A stretch of DNA of 64,000 nt. Source: Octopus sinensis. Its lineage: Eukaryota. Below, piece after piece: positions 40,700 to 52,365 of this stretch (its first letter is position 1; each line of letters opens with the position of its first letter). The stretch is taken from NCBI RefSeq assembly GCF_006345805.1, contig NC_042997.1:191518001-191582000 (forward strand), written 5' to 3'. The notes under the pieces were generated by a model, which was given only the letters and a program-made list of their open reading frames with translations, did no database searches and was not told where the DNA came from. The position numbers and the translations under genes are program-made.

Positions 40700-41481
40700 T
40701 TCACTGAGTACACAGGCCTACACTTTTGCAAAAAGCAGCAGTGAGAAATAGGAGAGGAGAGGTTATATCTGTAATGAGGGTGCTGGCTATGGTTGCTTTG
40801 CAAAGAATGCATCAAATGTTATTTGTGTGTTCTTTGAATCTTTTCTCTCATGAAGTAATTCATACCTCTGCCTGCCTTACTGCTGTGTTCATAGGCAAAG
40901 TCCTTCTCAGTAAATTGGTTCATGATTTCCATAGTATTGGTGATAATTTAGCTGAGGGATTCACAAGTAATATTTCAGGAGTCACTGGCTCTAAAGGAGG
41001 GTCTTCAGGCTTATTTCAGATGCTAACTCTTGCAGTTATTTAATACATCAACTCATCACATGACCTAACTCCTTTCAAATATTCCACAGAGCAGCACAGA
41101 AATGCTATTGATGGATGCTGATACTATTTCTCCTACAAATTCCAGAAAATCATTGGATGCTTCTGACCATAGCTTCTATCAAGCTCTGATTGAACAGTTC
41201 TTGGTTACTTCATCCCAAGATATTTTGATACATAAGTGATATGGTAGTTCTCTAAAAATCTTAGTTTATTAGAGCCATTTGTTTCATGAACTTGTTTGAA
41301 AGTTTAGCAAAAGTAGTCAACCTAGGAGTGGCTGTGTGGTAAGTAGCTTGTTTACCAACCACATGGTTCCGGGTTCAGTCTCACTGCATGGCACCTTGGG
41401 CAAGTGTCTTCTACTATAGCCTCGGATCGACCAAAGCCTTGTGAGTGGATTTGGTAGACAGAAACTGAAAGAAGCCCATCG

Positions 41482-41540
<59 letters not shown>

Positions 41541-41990
41541 ATATGTTCGTGTGTCTGTGTTTGTCCCCCACAACATCGCTTGACAACTGATGCTGACGTG
41601 TTTGCATTCCCGTAACTTAGCAGTTCGGCAAAAGAGACTGAAAGAATAAGTACTTGGCTTACAAAGAATAAGTCCTGGGCTCGATTTGTTTGACTAAAGG
41701 CGGTGCTCCAGCATGGCCACAGTCAAATGACTGAAACAAGTAAAAGTGTGTAACCTTAGTATCAGAAATGACACCATGAGCTGTGTGTTGGAATAAAAGA
41801 GTGGAGTTTGGTGCTAAAGTAAACTACTTAGTTAGAAATGCAGATGTTTTGTTTGATTTTCAAATCATAGATAGACACAGTATTCATACTTCCCTAAGTG
41901 GAGTGGCATTTCTGAGTGAGAAATAAGATCTGTCCTGGAACTAAAAGTGATTTTGTCTTCTTAGGAAATGATGTGTGTATTAGTTAAAAA
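40700..41990 (-). pseudogene. Ancient pogo/Tigger-like transposase relic interrupted by a SINE (41322-41745)
   Basis: Minus-strand fragments LAPNSTLLFQHTAHGVIS (cf. FLPPNTTSLLQPMDQGVI) and ISWDEVTKNCSIRA**KLWSEASNDFLEF. Confidence 0.6.
41322..41745 (+). mobile_element. tRNA-derived SINE family A (internal TA/TG microsatellite), representative copy
   Basis: ggagtggctgtgtggtaagtagcttg...ggttcagtc...ggcaccttgggcaagtgtcttc...gactgaaacaagtaaaag. Further copies at about 3914, 15520, 15845, 23985, 24400, 29105, 38345, 42570, 47433, 48920 and 62740. Confidence 0.9.
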
Positions 41991-42151
41991 CAAATTGTTT
42001 AATGTACATAAAATAACAGCTACTGAATAAAGAACTTAGTACAAATGTAGAGTTCTAATATTTACTGTTGTTATACTGATAGTGACTTTGATGTTGTTAG
42101 TTTATTCAAACTGTCAGTTTGAACGAGCCACAAAGCTGGCAAACTGTCAAA

Positions 42152-42200
<49 letters not shown>

Positions 42201-43743
42201 CTGCATATGTGGGAAATTCTGTCTGTGGGTGTGTTTGTGGAGTTGTTAGCTAACTCCTCCTACATTGTTTTATCGATTTTGAAGAAACTTGACAGATGAG
42301 CAGAAGTCATGTCTAGAAACCTCATGGTATACACAGACTGTTGAAAAAATAAATAGGGCCCCTGGAAGGGATCTTTATATATACCAAATATATTTCGACA
42401 GCCAAGGGAAATAGCCCATTCATTTTCCTAAATCATTTGGTGTAAATCAAATTGAGCATGCTTATTTCTTAGTATTTGAACTGTTAGAGTTATTTCCGCA
42501 ATTTACCCAGTACAACCCTTAAACAAGTAAATAGTATTTTCCTAGACAATAGATCCACTTATTTCGGTTACTCTTTTACTTGTTTCAGTCATTTGACTGT
42601 GGCTATGCTGGAGCATCACCTTTAGTCAAGCAAATCGACCCCAGGACTTATTCTTTGTAAGCCTAGTACTTATTCTATCGGTCTCTTTTGCCGAACCGCT
42701 AAGTTACGGGGATGTAAACACAGATACACATACACATACATATATACATGGGCTTCTTTCAGTTTCCATCTACCAAATCCACTCACAAGGCTTTGGTTGG
42801 CCCAAGGCTATAGTAGAAAACACTTGCCATGCAGTGGGACTGAACCTACTTACCACAGAGCCACGCCTATGCCTGCATTTTGTATCTTAATTTTAAATAT
42901 ATATATAATCTAAGGTGGAGGTCTTACAGAGACAGAAAAAAGTCGATGTAAAACTAAGATACAAAATACAGAATTTGAAAAACTGATAAAATTATATGTA
43001 CACGTGTTTGTTCGATTTAACCAAGAGGAAATTGTTAAAGTTACAATTTTTCACCTCTCATATTTTACAAGTCAATCAATTTTATATCAAGTTCCTCTTT
43101 CTCTAGCATATCTTTTTCATGAAATTAATGTTGATTTTCTTAACCTTAACACATCCAATTTATTTTCCAGCATCATGTGAACACACACCCACCAAAAAAA
43201 AAAAAAAAAAAAAAAAATCAATAATGAATTTAAAATGATTAAAAATCAACATTGGCTTTTAAAAATCTTTTTAAGATATAAATCTATTGAAGATGATGAT
43301 GAATAATTCTTGTATTTCAAATCCTGGCATATTTCACAAGATGTTGAAGGCAATTCTGATCGTTAAACCATGCAGTGGGAGATGAAAGATCAAAAATGTA
43401 TTACGCTTGCTACGTTTTTTTTAGTCAATAGTAAATGACTAAATATCTTAATTATAAATGCTGATAATACAATTCATGTTACTTTGTTTATTGTAATCAA
43501 CACTGACCTTTCTATGCCATCAGAATAATGTATGGAGGCAGAAAGCCATACCAGATACCATCTAAACACTTGTTCTGTGCATGAACAGTTAAATGCCATC
43601 ATCACCATCACCATTTAACCCTTTAGTGTTTAAACCGGCCATATCTGACCCAAATATTCTATGTGTTTTATATTAAAACTAGCCATTTCTAGCCTCTCAC
43701 ACCTAACCTACAATGACAGTCTAAAAATTAAATTACTGCAGAG

Positions 43744-45318
43744 ATGCTCAAAATATCTGGCAGTGTCGGCTATAACCTAGTCACCCGTATAGTCAACCAG
43801 GTGATACACGAAGGAGTCATACCCAATGACTGGTGCAGCAGCATACTAGTCAACTGCTACAAAGGTAAAGGTGATGCCCTAGATACAAATAATTACAGAG
43901 GTATCAAGCTGTTGGATCAAGTAATGAAGGTTACGGAGAGGGTCATAGCCCAACTAATTAGAGAGAGAGTTAGTTTAGATGAGATGCAGTTTGGGTTCGT
44001 GCCAGGGAAAAGTACCACTGATGCTATATTCCTGGTAAGGCAGCTGCAGGAGAAATACCTAGCCAAAGATAAGCCCCTGTACCTGGCTTTCGTTGACATG
44101 GAGAAAGCTTTTGATAGGGTCCCCCGATCCCTTATCTGGTGGTCAATGAGGAAACTAGGGATAGATGAATGGCTGGTGAGGACTGTGCAAGCCATGTACA
44201 GAGATGCCGTAAGTAAGGTTAGGGTTGGCAACATGTACACAGAAGAATTCAAAGTAGAGGTTGGGGTCCACCAGGGTTCAGTACTCAGCCCCCTCCTATT
44301 TATCATAGTACTCCAGGCAATTACGGAGGAATTCAAGACAGGCTGTCCCTGGGAGCTCCTCTACGCTGACGACCTTGCTCTTATTGCTGAGTCACTATCA
44401 GAACTGGAGGAGAAGTTCCAGGTGTGGAAGGAGGGTTTAGAATCAAGGGGCCTTAGAGTCAACCTAGCTAAAACCAAAGTACTAATAAGTAGGAAGGTAG
44501 ACAATCCACAAATGTCTTCAGGAAGATGGCCCTGCTCGATCTGTAGAAAAGGTGTAGGTAGAAACTCTATAAGATGTACCCAGTGTAAGCTATGGACACA
44601 TAAGAGGTGCAGCAATGTCAAAGGTAGGCTAACTGGGAAGATAGTTTTTGTATGTGGCAGATGCTCGGGAGCATTAACCTCCGAAAATCTGCAGAAAACA
44701 ACTTCCGTCACTTTCCAGGGGGAAAAACTAGAAGTAGTTGATAGCTTCCGTTATCTAGGTGACCAAGTCAGTAGTGGGGGTGGGTGCGCTGGAAGTGTAA
44801 CTGCTAGAATAAGAATAGCCTGGGCAAAGTTTAGGGAGCTCTTACCTCTGCTGGTGACTAAAGGCCTCTCGCTCAGAGTAAAAGGCAGACTGTATGATGC
44901 GTGTGTACGAACAGCCATGCTACATGGCAGCGAAACATGGGCCGTGACTGCTGAGGACATGCGTAAGCTCGTGAGGAATGAAGCCAGTATGCTCCGATGG
45001 ATGTGTAATGTCAGTGTACATACTCGACAGAGCGTTAGCACCTTGAGAGAAATGTTGTACCTAAGAAGCATCAGTTGTGGTGTGCAAGAGAGACGATTGC
45101 GCTGGTATGGTCATGTGGCGAGAATGGATGAAGATAGGTGTGTGAGAAAGTGCCAATCCCTAGCAGTTGAGGGAACCCGTGGAAGAGGTAGACCCAGGAA
45201 AACCTGGGACGAGGTGGTGAAGCACGACCTTCGAACTTTAGGCCTCACTGAGGAAATGACCAGCGACCGAGACCTTTGGAAATATTCTGTACGTGAGAAG
45301 ACCAGGCAGGACAAGTGA
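43744..45318 (+). CDS. RTE LINE reverse transcriptase (truncated, no endonuclease) with a PHD-like Cys/His finger
   Basis: 524 aa with no stops. Motifs YKGKGD..NYRGIKLL, QFGF, FVDMEKAFDRV, GVHQGSVLSPLLF, YADD, FRYLG, RRLRWYGHVARM, RGRGRPRKTW. Insert CSIC...CTQC...HKRC...CGRC. Confidence 0.93.
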   Translation: MLKISGSVGYNLVTRIVNQVIHEGVIPNDWCSSILVNCYKGKGDALDTNNYRGIKLLDQVMKVTERVIAQLIRERVSLDEMQFGFVPGKSTTDAIFLVRQLQEKYLAKDKPLYLAFVDMEKAFDRVPRSLIWWSMRKLGIDEWLVRTVQAMYRDAVSKVRVGNMYTEEFKVEVGVHQGSVLSPLLFIIVLQAITEEFKTGCPWELLYADDLALIAESLSELEEKFQVWKEGLESRGLRVNLAKTKVLISRKVDNPQMSSGRWPCSICRKGVGRNSIRCTQCKLWTHKRCSNVKGRLTGKIVFVCGRCSGALTSENLQKTTSVTFQGEKLEVVDSFRYLGDQVSSGGGCAGSVTARIRIAWAKFRELLPLLVTKGLSLRVKGRLYDACVRTAMLHGSETWAVTAEDMRKLVRNEASMLRWMCNVSVHTRQSVSTLREMLYLRSISCGVQERRLRWYGHVARMDEDRCVRKCQSLAVEGTRGRGRPRKTWDEVVKHDLRTLGLTEEMTSDRDLWKYSVREKTRQDK

Positions 45319-46488
45319 GCCCAGCCCACTTATGAATGCCTTTCCTCCCTTGGACACAAAGACCTGTTGAGGCAAGCGAAGTCGATATAGAACCTCATCC
45401 GACGACAGACACCCATGCCAACCCCCCATGCTTGCGAAGACATGATGGGGCAAGCGAAATCAAAATCGAAATCGAAACTGAATTGAACCAGCCAGGATCC
45501 CTGGCCTGGTGGTACGTAAAAAGCACTATCCGACTCGTGGCCGTGGCACGTAAAATACTCCAATGCGACCGTACGACAGGCACCCATGCCAACCCCCTTT
45601 GCTTGTGAAGACATGTTGGGGCAATCGAAATCGAATTGAACCAGCCAGGATCCCTGGTCTGGTGGTACGTAAAAAGCACTATCCGACTCGTGGCCGTGGC
45701 ACGTAAAATACTCCAATGCGACCGTACGACAGGCACCCATGCCAACCCCCTTTGCTTGTGAAGACATGTTGGGGCAAGCGAAATCGAAATCGAATTGAAC
45801 CAGCCAGGATCCCTGGTCTGGTGGTACGTAAAAAGCACTATCCGGCTCGTGGCCGATGCCAGCACCGCCTCGACCAGCGACCGAGACCTTTGGAAATATT
45901 CTGTACGTGAGAAGACCAGGCAGGACAAGTGAGCCCAGCCCACTTATGAATGCCTTTCCTCCCTTGGACACAAAGACCTGTTGAGGCAACCGAAGTCGAT
46001 ATAGAACCTCATCCGACGACAGACACCCATGCCAACCCCCCATGCTTGCGAAGACATGTTGGGGCAAGCGAAATCGAAATCGAAACCGAATTGAACCAGC
46101 CAGGATCCCTGGCCTGGTGGTACGTAAAAAGCACTATCCGACTCGTGGCTGTGGCACGTAAAATACTCCAATGCGACCGTACGACAGGCACCCATGCCAA
46201 CCCCCTTTGCTTGTGAAGACATGTTGGGGCAAGCGAAATCGAAATCGAATTGAACCAGCCAGGATCCCTGGTCTGGTGGTACGTAAAAAGCACTATCCGA
46301 CTCGTGGCCGTGGCACGTAAAATACTCCAATGCGACCGTACGACAGGCACCCATGCCAACCCCCTTTGCTTGTGAAGACATGTTGGGGCAAGCGAAATCG
46401 AAATCGAATTGAACCAGCCAGGATCCCTGGTCTGGTGGTACGTAAAAAGCACTATCCGACTCGTGGCTGATGCCAGCACCGCCTCGAC
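45258..46488 (+). repeat. Two 614-bp tandem units, each built of about three 157-bp subunits, in the RTE 3' region
   Basis: gaccagcgaccgagacctttgg recurs at 45258 and 45872; subunit cacccatgccaacccc...gaaccagccaggatccctgg...cgtaaaaagcactatccg occurs six times. Confidence 0.92.
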
Positions 46489-49400
46489 TGGCTTCCGTGC
46501 CGGTGGCACATAAAATACACCAATCTGACCGTGGCCGTTGCCAGCCTCGCCTGGCACCTGTGCAGGTGGCACGTAAAAAGCACCCACTACACTCACGGAG
46601 TGGTTGGCGTTAGGAAGGGCATCCAGCTGTAGAAACATTGCCAGATTAGACTGGAGCCTGGTGCAGCCTTCTGGCTTCCCAGAACGCCGGTCGAACCGTC
46701 CAACCCATGCTAGCATGGAGAACGGACGTTAAACGATGATGATGATGATGATGATGATGACATTATTGAAACCTCAAAACAATAAGATAATGCAGGATTA
46801 ATTCAAAACAATTTGAGTGAAAAAGTATTACATTTAACAGAGTAATCTGAACACTAAAGGGTTAACATGTTTTCTATGTTGGGTTGTTTGACAGGAGCTG
46901 GCAAGCCAGAGGACTGCACCAAGCTTCACTGTCTGTTTTGGCATGGTTTTTATGGCTGGATGCCCTTCCAAGGGCTAACCACTTTACAGAGTATATCATG
47001 TACTTTCTACCTGGCACCAATAGCACAGCCCCTACCCACTTCTGCCCCACCTGTGGGGGGGGCTTCCTTGCCCAGATTGGCCTCACCAGCCACCTCCGAT
47101 CTCATAGCAGCAATTCCACCAAATGATGTCAATGGTCATCTTCGAACCCGAAGGACGAACATTATTATTATTATTATTATAATTATTATTATTATTACCT
47201 GGCACCAGCACCAGTTAGGCCACCAAATAACTTGCAAGACAATACCTTTTAACTGAGGATGATTCAAGTTAGTAATAAAGGAGGTGGCTTTGTGCCGAAA
47301 ATAGTAATCTCTTCCCCTAATAACATCATACCCAATGCCCAAGTGTTATTTACCTATGTTCTCTAAGACAGTAAAATAATGCTATTGTTTTGACTAAGAT
47401 GTTTAATAAGTTCTATTTTACTTGCTAAATATTAGAGTGGCTGTGTGGTAGCTTGCTTACAAACCACATGGTTCCAGGTTCAGTCCCACTGCGTGGCACC
47501 TTGGGAAAGTGTCTTCTATTATAGCCTTGTGAGTGGATTTGGTAGACGGAAACTGAAAGAAGTCTGTTGCATGTATGCATATGTGTATATATTTGTGTAT
47601 CAGTGTTTGTCCCCCCAACATCGCTTGACAACTGATACGTCCCCGTAACTTAGCGGTTCGGCAAAAGTGACCGATAGAATAAATACTAGGCTTACAAAGA
47701 ATAAGTCCTATATGAATAATTTCCTCTGTTCCATTGCAGATATGACAGTCAATCTGCTCTCCTGTATCAACCAATCTGATGCATTGTCAGGCTGACCGAA
47801 CAATGTCATTCCCCTACAATGTCATTCATAAAATATACAATTGCATCATTGAAATTTTGAAACTACGAAATGCTGCATAATTAATTCAAACCAATTTGAA
47901 TAAATAAGCATTACATTTGACAGACTAATCTGAATACTAAAGGGTTAAAGCAACAAATTGGCAGAGTTGTCAGGGCATTTAATGCCCACTTTTCCATGCT
48001 TGCATGGGTCAGACAGAATTTGTTGAGGCAGATTTTTCTATGACTGAATGTCCTTGTTGCCAGCCCTTATCGGTTTCCAAGTAAGGTAATATTTCCCTTA
48101 ACTAGATATATTTCCATGGGAGACACTACTTATATGATGGTGATCATTGCTTACATCTATCATGCAATGTCATGACGAGGTGATATAAGCACACATGCCC
48201 CCCCTCCCACACACGGAGGAGAGAGAAAATTATGCGGTGTATATAATTTCTTGGCGACATTAACAATACAAGGCAAAGGATGTAACTATGAATCAAAATG
48301 CTTGCATGATGGTAATTCTTACAACTATCCTGTGTTGTCAAGGTAAGGAAATCGTAACACATACCTATTTCTTTATTACCCACAAGGGGCTAAACACAGA
48401 GGGGACAAACAAGGACAGACAAACAGATTAAGTCGATTACATCGACCCCAGTGCGTAACTGGTACTTAATTTATCGACCCCAAAAGGATGAAAGGCAAAG
48501 TCGACCTCGGCGGAATTTGAACTCACAACGGAACGACAGACGAAATACGGCTACGCATTTCGCCCGGTGTGCTAACGTTTCTGCCAGCTCGCCGTAACTC
48601 ATACCACTCATACATGTGGTAGGCTTCTTTCAGTTTCCATCTACCAAATCTACTCACAAGACTTTGGTCAGCCAAGGATTATAGGTGCCACACAGTGGAA
48701 CTGAAGCCAAAACCATGTAACTGGGTAGCAAACTTCTTACCACACAGCCAGCATTTGAAAAAATAATGAAACCCTAATTTCAATAATTCAGTTAGGAGAT
48801 TCACTGTGATTTGGTGTTTATGCTATCAGCTTATAAATACAAAGTCAGTGCAGCTATCAAGCTTGCCTGAGTGACAGGTGGCCAGTTGGTTATCTGGCTT
48901 TTTGAAGTTTGTGTTCAAATAGTTCAGGCATTTGACTGTGGCCATGCTGGAGCACCGCCTTAACTTGAACAAATTTACCCCAGGACTTATTATTTGTATG
49001 CCTACTATTTATTCTATCAGTTTCTTTTGCTGAACTGCTAAGTTACGGGGACGTAAACGCACCAACATCGGTTGCCAAGCAATGGTGGTGGGACACACAC
49101 ACACACATACGATGGACTTCTTTCAGTTTTAATCTACTAAATCCACTCACAAGGCTTTGGTTGGCCTGAGGCTATAGTAGAAGACAATTGCCCAAGGTAC
49201 CACGTATGTGCTTGAAAAGCAAGCCTCTTACCACACAGCCACTCCTGCACCTATTTATTCATGTTGTAGAACTCTAGAAACTTTGACAATGAATTAGATT
49301 GGTTGATATAGGAGAGTAGATTGCAATGGAACACAAGAAATTATTCATATAGGTAATGTTTTACCAAATGGTAACAGGGAAAGTGGTCTGTGTGGGCTTC

Positions 49401-49607
49401 TATAAAACGAAGCATAACACTTATCTCATAACATCATGAATGACATTGTAGGGGTCCTTATCTAAGGATCCCTTTGATTCCTATTTTATTCAGTTGGGCC
49501 CTCACAGCCCCACAATGTTTAAAAAATCCTATTGTATTTTTAAAATTAAATATTATTAGGAACTGTATTAAAAAAATGTTTAATATTTTGTGTATTGTAG
49601 AAGTATA

Positions 49608-49865
49608 GTGGAGGCACGTAGCTTAGTGGTTAGGGTGTCAGCATCCTGATCGTAAGATTGTGGTTTCGATTCCTGGACTGGGCGATTCGTTGTGTTTTTG
49701 AGCAAAACACTTCATTTCACATTGCTCCAGTCCACTCAGCTGGCAAAAATGAGTAACGCTGCGATGGACTGGCGTCCCGTCCAGCTGGGGAACACATGCA
49801 CCATAGAAACCGTGAAACCAGGCACATGAGCCTGTCTCGGCTTTAAAAGGGTGCATTTATTTTAT
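49608..49865 (+). mobile_element. tRNA-derived SINE with 15-bp TSD
   Basis: TSD tattgtagaagtata at 49593-49607 and 49866-49880. A/B boxes tagcttagtgg and gtttcgattcc, V-SINE-like gcgatggactggcgtcccgtccag. Older copy at about 215-420. Confidence 0.85.
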
Positions 49866-50573
49866 TATTGTAGAAGTATAATTGATATATTGCAGATAAA
49901 TTTTAACAACAAAATCTTATATGGACCCCACAAGGGCCTCAGAGACCCTGTTTGAGTGCCACTGAGCTAAGTGCATGAATATCAAATCCTTCTCTAGTGA
50001 GGAATGACCTGCCTAGGTATACATTAGTTGGCAATTTTAGGTTGAAGATGAAGTAGATTCATAAGCAAAAGACAAATAGTGGTAAGAACACAACATAGCA
50101 CCCAGTCCAGGAATAGAAACCACAGTCTTGCAATCATGAATGCAACACCATAACCACTAGACAAAACACCTTCATTCTCATCAGTATATACACGACAGTT
50201 ACTTATTTTATTCATTTCCAAAACGATGATGAATGACAAAATTCAACTCCAGTCAGGTTTCTTCTTGTGTGTTTTATAATCATTTTCTGTATTAAGATGG
50301 CTGGGGTGGATTTGCAATTCGGGCAGTTACTTTCATTGCAGCAGTAGTTCTTGCAGTTATGTCCTCTTCCTTCCACTAATTACACAACTTCACAAGGGGG
50401 AGAGTGGATCATTCTGTCAGCCAAACACAGTTATGCATCTCACTAAAAGCTAAATTATGCAATATAGACCAACCAGCTTCACTATGTCAATATACAGCAG
50501 CAATAAACCTTTAGAAATGTATGTGATATTAATATTTGAAAATATATACAAATACAAACAATATAGCTACTAC

Positions 50574-50723
50574 CTGCATAAGTTTTCTGGAGAGATCGTT
50601 TGTTAGGTATTCTTCCTCTTGCTCATAGTTCATAGCCAATGCTTCTTTCTCTTTCCTTAGACTCTGTATTTTCTTCAGCAAAGTATTACAGATAAATTCC
50701 TCCTCTTGCTCAGCTCTGGCTTG
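50574..50723 (-). CDS. CCDC6: CCDC6 coding exon (vertebrate exon 2 equivalent), 150 bp
   Basis: Translates [50 protein letters not shown], matching recalled human CCDC6 [20 protein letters not shown]...NELSRKLMQ. Acceptor ttttcag| and donor |gtagt; phase 0/0. Confidence 0.95.
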
Positions 50724-52327
50724 CTGAAAAATACACAAAACCAAAACAATATTAGTACACACACACACATATTTGTGTAGATTGGGGACAGCTTCTTTTT
50801 CTTCAACACACACATACAAGTACATACATACATACAGCATATATGTATACATACCTACACATCAAATTTTACATGGCATCATAACATGGAATGAAATAAA
50901 ATTCATTTCCATGCTAGCTTTTCCCCACCAAAGAATGAAGTTAATTGATTGTATCAACTATTAGCTGTATGCAATTAACAGCTTGTGTCAATAACTGTAA
51001 TTAATGAATTTACAGAAGATTAATCTTCAAATCATTTCATTACACTATTCCAGGCAAATGTGTTTTCTAGAAATTTCCAGGTGACATATACAATAATTCA
51101 TTCACATAAAAATTCAGCAGGTTTGGGTTGTTTTTTTTTTAGTTTATTTTTTGTTGCTCTTCTTTCTTTTTTTAAATTCCACATTGATTTTATGGATTAA
51201 TTAGGGTTATTACTGTTACTGAACTATTGTAGTCTTCCACTACAATAGCTGCGGTAAACACCATACAGGTTTTAGATTTGCATTTGTTATTGTTATTTCT
51301 CTCTTTCTCTCCAAATGAAATTGAACATTAATTATAGTATCAGAGAAAATTACATAATGATAGAATCTTGGAACACAAACACGCACACACCATCCCCTTG
51401 TCTCTCACACATGAAGTTACTTTTTACTTCATTTCAAGGAAACTTTCCTGACGTTTAGCCCAAAGTCAATCTTGATTAAATAAACCTATGATCAAAGGTA
51501 TTCAAAATATTCCATTTCTTTTTGTGTATCGTGTACTGCATTGTCCAATGTATTCGATTTTATAAATTTAAGACAGTGAGACATGATTGAAGAAGGTGAT
51601 ATTTGGCTGCTGTTTCTAGCAGGTTGAGTGATCACCTACAAGTTCCTATGTTGGGTCAAGAGACTCTTGTTTATATATGTTCAACTGACGGACTGGTCCT
51701 CTCAATGAAATATTTTAAAATATAAAACTTGAGAAAATAGGAGTCTGTCTCTTTCCATCTCCAGCAACACATTACTTCTATGACAATAAGCATGATTCTC
51801 CTTAAAACAGCATTCACAATCAATAAATGTAATAGATATTGTCACTCAGTTTAAATAGGGATTTACAATTCCCAGAGACTAATTATTATTATCATTCGAG
51901 CTGGCAGAATCATTAGTGTGCTGGACAAAATGCTTAGTGGTATTTCGCCCATCACTATGCTCCGAGTTCAAATTCTGCTGAGGTCAACTTTACATTTCAT
52001 TCTTTCAGGGTTGATAAATTAAGTACCAGTGAAATATTGGGGTCGATATAATCGACTAGCCCCATCCAACAAATTTGAGGCCGTGTGCCTCCAGTAGAAA
52101 GGATTATTATTGTTACTATTAAGGTGGTGAAATGGCAGAATAGTTAGCATGCCCGGCGAAATGCATAGCAGTATTTCATCCATCTTCACGTTCTGAGTTC
52201 TAATTATTCGCCTTTCATCCTTCAGAACCAATAAAATACATACCAATCGAGTACTGGAGTCAATGCTATTGACTATCCCCACCACCACCACCAAATTCAG
52301 GCCTTGTACCCATAGTAGAAAGTACTA

Positions 52328-52365
<38 letters not shown>

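Larger units (their letters stand above)
43737..46759 (+). mobile_element. 5'-truncated RTE-clade LINE with repetitive 3' UTR and (GAT)n tail
   Basis: RT ORF followed by a 1.4-kb UTR ending ggacgttaaac(gat)n; splits a TTAA MITE (43616-43736 and 46760-46865). Confidence 0.93.

Noticed and set aside
43917-45453. Antisense ORFs overlapping the RT
   Set aside because: Shadow ORFs of the coding strand.
45400-46480. CRISPR-like repeat array
   Set aside because: The units repeat in full with no unique spacers, the context is eukaryotic and there are no cas genes.
45330-46716. Long minus-strand ORFs (145-245 aa) with repeated peptides
   Set aside because: They are by-products of the GC-richer tandem subunits in the RTE 3' UTR; no recognisable domain.
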